Assembly (NCBI GenBank): GCA_965215565.1
Contig: CBDCDZ010000004.1
Location: forward strand, 4,320,001 to 4,384,000
DNA length: 64,000 nt
Origin: Trueperaceae bacterium
GTDB taxonomy: Bacteria; Deinococcota; Deinococci; Deinococcales; Trueperaceae
Direction of reading: 5' to 3'
A program made the position numbers and the translations under genes. Shown one piece after another: positions 61,282 through 64,000 of this stretch (position 1 is the first letter of the stretch; every line of letters begins with the position of its first letter). Below the pieces are notes generated by a model. That model was given only the letters and a program-made list of their open reading frames with translations, ran no database searches and had not been told where the DNA came from.

Positions 61282-61294
61282 GCAACTTAAAAAA

Positions 61295-61855
61295 CTATTT
61301 CATTCCTTGCCAAAAAATATCTAACACCTCCCTTAGATCAGCTTTTTCGGTACCCTGTAATTTTTGAAGCGACTCGCGGACTAATTGGCTGAGTGCGCCA
61401 TAAACCGCAGCAATGATGATGTCATTGTGAATGTCTTGGCGGATGAGCTTGTTTGCTTTTGCTTCGTTGAGAAGATTCGTGAGTAGGTTGAACGTCTGCT
61501 CGAGCGCGCCGGCTTCATTCTCTTTTTTGATTGAGGCAGCGCGGTTTAAGGTTTCAAATAGGACAAGACGTTCAGGCTGCTCTAAAAAAGAACCAAACAA
61601 ATCCTCAAGAAACCCCGTAAAGCGCTCCTCGGCGGTGCCCTCCTGCTGGCTGAAGCGCTTAGCATAGTCTTCTATCTCCCTGGCGATACAGAGATAAACT
61701 TCAGCTAAGAGGTCATCTTTGTTATCAAAGTGGCGGTAGAGCGCCCCGTCGGTTAGACCCGCTCGTTTGGCAATCTTGCTGACGCGAGCAGCGTCCAGAC
61801 CCTCTTCAATGATGAGGTCAGCGGCGGCGTTTAAGATTTTTTGACGTGTGCCCAT
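61295..61855 (-). CDS. TetR family regulator
   Basis: VSKIAKRAGLTDGALYRHFDNKDDL. Confidence 0.93.
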   Translation of the reverse strand: MGTRQKILNAAADLIIEEGLDAARVSKIAKRAGLTDGALYRHFDNKDDLLAEVYLCIAREIEDYAKRFSQQEGTAEERFTGFLEDLFGSFLEQPERLVLFETLNRAASIKKENEAGALEQTFNLLTNLLNEAKANKLIRQDIHNDIIIAAVYGALSQLVRESLQKLQGTEKADLREVLDIFWQGMK

Positions 61856-61869
61856 ACCACCCTTCAAAG

Positions 61870-61893
61870 GCGTAAGTAAATGTTTACTTACGC
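61870..61893. promoter_or_regulatory. Candidate TetR operator upstream of the tetR gene
   Basis: GCGTAAGTAAA-tg-TTTACTTACGC, same core as 61260. Confidence 0.8.
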
Positions 61894-62031
61894 CGGTAGA
61901 TTAACCCATTAAGATTACCCTGTCAAGCTGTGCTCAACGCTTTCCATTGACCCAAACGCTAGTCACGCTTCTTGAAAACCACCATTTTTAAGAGAGGTAA
62001 ACGAAGAGGTGCAGCCACTTGAAGAAACTGC

Positions 62032-63597
62032 TCAGCGGAAGTAGTCGCGCAAGATGTCTTGGTATTCCACTGGAATGCGACCCTCGTTAATGGCTTCTTC
62101 AGCGGCGCGTTCGTATTCGGCGTTCGTTTGCGCGTTCGGGATGTCCACCACGTCAGAGCCGGGGGCTAGAGTCTCACCCGCGGCGTTCGTCGCGCCCGCG
62201 CCGCGCTGCCCCTCCAGCAGCTCGGGATTGGTCTGCGGCGTGCCCTCCAGACGTTCCGCTGAGCTAGGGGTGGACGCTGACGGGAGGCTGCCTGCACCGT
62301 CCCCTTCCTCGCCTTCAGCGCCGCCGCCCTCCTCCTCACCCTCTTGGGGTCCGCCTGAGCCGCCCTCGGCGCTCTCGCCCTGATTGGGATCGCCTTCGCC
62401 CTGACCACCTCTTCCTTGCCCCTCCTCTTGTTGCTGTCCCTCCTGTTGGCTTTCACTCTCGCCTTGCGCGCTCTGGGGCTGCTCGCCCTCTGCTTCCTGC
62501 TCCTGCTCGGAGGGCGTACCCTCCGAGCCGCCCGCTTCCTGCTCGCCCTCGCGGGGGGCTTGGGTCTGTTCTGGGGCGTCCGCACCGGACGCGCCCTCGC
62601 CGCCGCCATCTTGCGTCGCTTCGTCCCCTTGCTCTCCTTGCCCCTGTTGACTCTCTTGCTCCTGCCCTTCTTGTTCCCCCTGCGCCTCTCGTGCGCCCTG
62701 GTTCGGCTGCGCCTCGCTCGGCGCGTCCGGCTGGCTCTGGCTCGGCTCAGTGTTCTGCTCGGCGCTCTGCTCGCCTTGCGCCTCGCCTCTCGCGAAGGGG
62801 TTGCGCTCCGCGCCACTCGGCGGCGCGTCGTTCTCCTGCGCCTCCAACGACTCTAGGTAGCGCTCCAACGTCTCACTATCCGCGTCCCCGCCCGCGCTCG
62901 CCTCGCCGCCCTCACCGCTCGAGTCTTCACCAGGTGCGTCGAAGGTGCGCTCCAACTCGGGTTGCGCGTCCTCTTCGGCGTTCTCTACCTCAGCGGCTTC
63001 AGGGGACGTGTCGGGCGCGCTATCGGGTTGGCTGTCCGCGTCGCTTTGCGCGGCGGGTGGCGCGCTTTCATTCGGTCCCAAGGGCGCGTTTCCGCCACCA
63101 AAGCCGCCCCCGATGCCAGGCAGACCGATGGCGGGGAGTACGGCTAAGCTAAGCGCTACCGCGAGCAGCGGGAGCCACCAGGGTTGGGCGGTGGGGGGCT
63201 CGAGCCGCCCCGCCGTGCGCTCCACCTGTACGCCAAGTGCCTCGAAGAAACCGTAGCTGTCTTCTGCTTGAGTGTTCGCGGGCTCCGCTTGCGTCCGTTC
63301 TAAAGCGGTGCGGTAGGCGAGCCCCGCACGTTCGTCGATCCAGCGGAGCGCCCAGGGCTCGGCGCGTTCCAAGCGCCAGGCGAAGCCGGCTAAAAAGCCC
63401 ACGCCGACGAGCGCGAGGTGTAGCGCCGTAGGGAGGCCGACGAGCCAAGCGACAAAAGACGCGGCGAGCGCGGCGCTCGAGCACACGAAGAGCCTCGAGC
63501 GCCGCGCGCGTCCGCTCGCGAGTTGGCGGTGCAAGGTCAGGGGTGACGCTACGTTCTGAGGTTTGTCTTTCTGCCTTTGGCTGGGTTTGATCAACAT
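62032..63597 (-). CDS. Membrane-anchored protein with long Q/E/G-rich low-complexity region
   Basis: N-terminal TM helices, acidic disordered middle, RIPVEYQDILRDYFR tail. Confidence 0.8.
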   Translation of the reverse strand: MLIKPSQRQKDKPQNVASPLTLHRQLASGRARRSRLFVCSSAALAASFVAWLVGLPTALHLALVGVGFLAGFAWRLERAEPWALRWIDERAGLAYRTALERTQAEPANTQAEDSYGFFEALGVQVERTAGRLEPPTAQPWWLPLLAVALSLAVLPAIGLPGIGGGFGGGNAPLGPNESAPPAAQSDADSQPDSAPDTSPEAAEVENAEEDAQPELERTFDAPGEDSSGEGGEASAGGDADSETLERYLESLEAQENDAPPSGAERNPFARGEAQGEQSAEQNTEPSQSQPDAPSEAQPNQGAREAQGEQEGQEQESQQGQGEQGDEATQDGGGEGASGADAPEQTQAPREGEQEAGGSEGTPSEQEQEAEGEQPQSAQGESESQQEGQQQEEGQGRGGQGEGDPNQGESAEGGSGGPQEGEEEGGGAEGEEGDGAGSLPSASTPSSAERLEGTPQTNPELLEGQRGAGATNAAGETLAPGSDVVDIPNAQTNAEYERAAEEAINEGRIPVEYQDILRDYFR

Positions 63598-63599
63598 GG

Positions 63600-63998
63600 C
63601 TACTTGTCCTTGCGCGAAGTCGCGCGCACGAGATAGAGCAGGGTTGCGCCCGCGCAGAGGACCGCGAGGGTGAGGTGAATTGTAGAAACTTGGGTGATGG
63701 CGGTGAAGGGGTTCAGGACAGCCTGCCTCGTCCAGGTGCTCACCCACACGTCGAACGAGACCACGCCGACGAGGATGAGCGGCACGGCGAGGGGCAGCAG
63801 GGTGCGCAGCCTGAGCGTGCCAAGCAGCGTGCCGAGCAGCGTGCCGACGCCGAAAAAGGCGATGAGGTCGACGGTGCATAGGAGCGGTGCCCACCAGAAG
63901 GGCGTGACGGGGTAGCTCGCGGCGTAGGTGGCGGCGTCTAGAGGCAGCGTGAGGACGTGAAAGCAGCCGAGCGCGGCGAGCGTGAGGCGCTGCTCGTT
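63600..63998 (-). CDS. Membrane protein, 5' end outside window
   Basis: Hydrophobic frame open from the window end to TAG at 63600. Confidence 0.75.
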   Translation of the reverse strand, partial: NEQRLTLAALGCFHVLTLPLDAATYAASYPVTPFWWAPLLCTVDLIAFFGVGTLLGTLLGTLRLRTLLPLAVPLILVGVVSFDVWVSTWTRQAVLNPFTAITQVSTIHLTLAVLCAGATLLYLVRATSRKDK

Positions 63999-64000
63999 GA

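Noticed and set aside
63598..63894. Upstream extension of the 620-aa ORF
   Set aside because: Overlaps the upstream membrane gene in another frame; AAGGA precedes ATG 63597

Overview
GC-rich bacterial chromosome segment. Gene content and several apparently leaderless TAnnnT promoters suggest Deinococcota (Trueperaceae-like), but this is inference. Housekeeping and metabolic genes: ROK kinase, pgi, purN-purD, malK, FNT channel, PilT/PilU ATPase, kynB-kynU, rsmJ, malEFG-malZ, dprA, cysS, yigZ. The centre holds a complete type I-E CRISPR-Cas locus: WYL regulator, array 1, cas3, cas8e-cas11-cas7-cas5-cas6e-cas1-cas2, array 2, then tRNA-Ala(CGC). Most unusual features: (i) a 1086-bp interval between the last repeat of array 1 and a solitary perfect repeat, carrying a coupled three-gene cassette whose lipoprotein gene is interrupted by a 264-bp fold-back element; (ii) a GCGTCA-N5-TGACG palindrome upstream of both cas3 and cas8e, a candidate WYL operator; (iii) about 10 copies of a TAGCA...TGCTA-ended ~110-260 bp intergenic element, some expanded by GNA-triloop mini-hairpins; (iv) two tandem spore-photoproduct-lyase-family genes among broken toxin-antitoxin modules; (v) a 49-54.5 kb block of divergent monocistronic genes. 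All coordinates and alignments were read by eye; no database searches were run.
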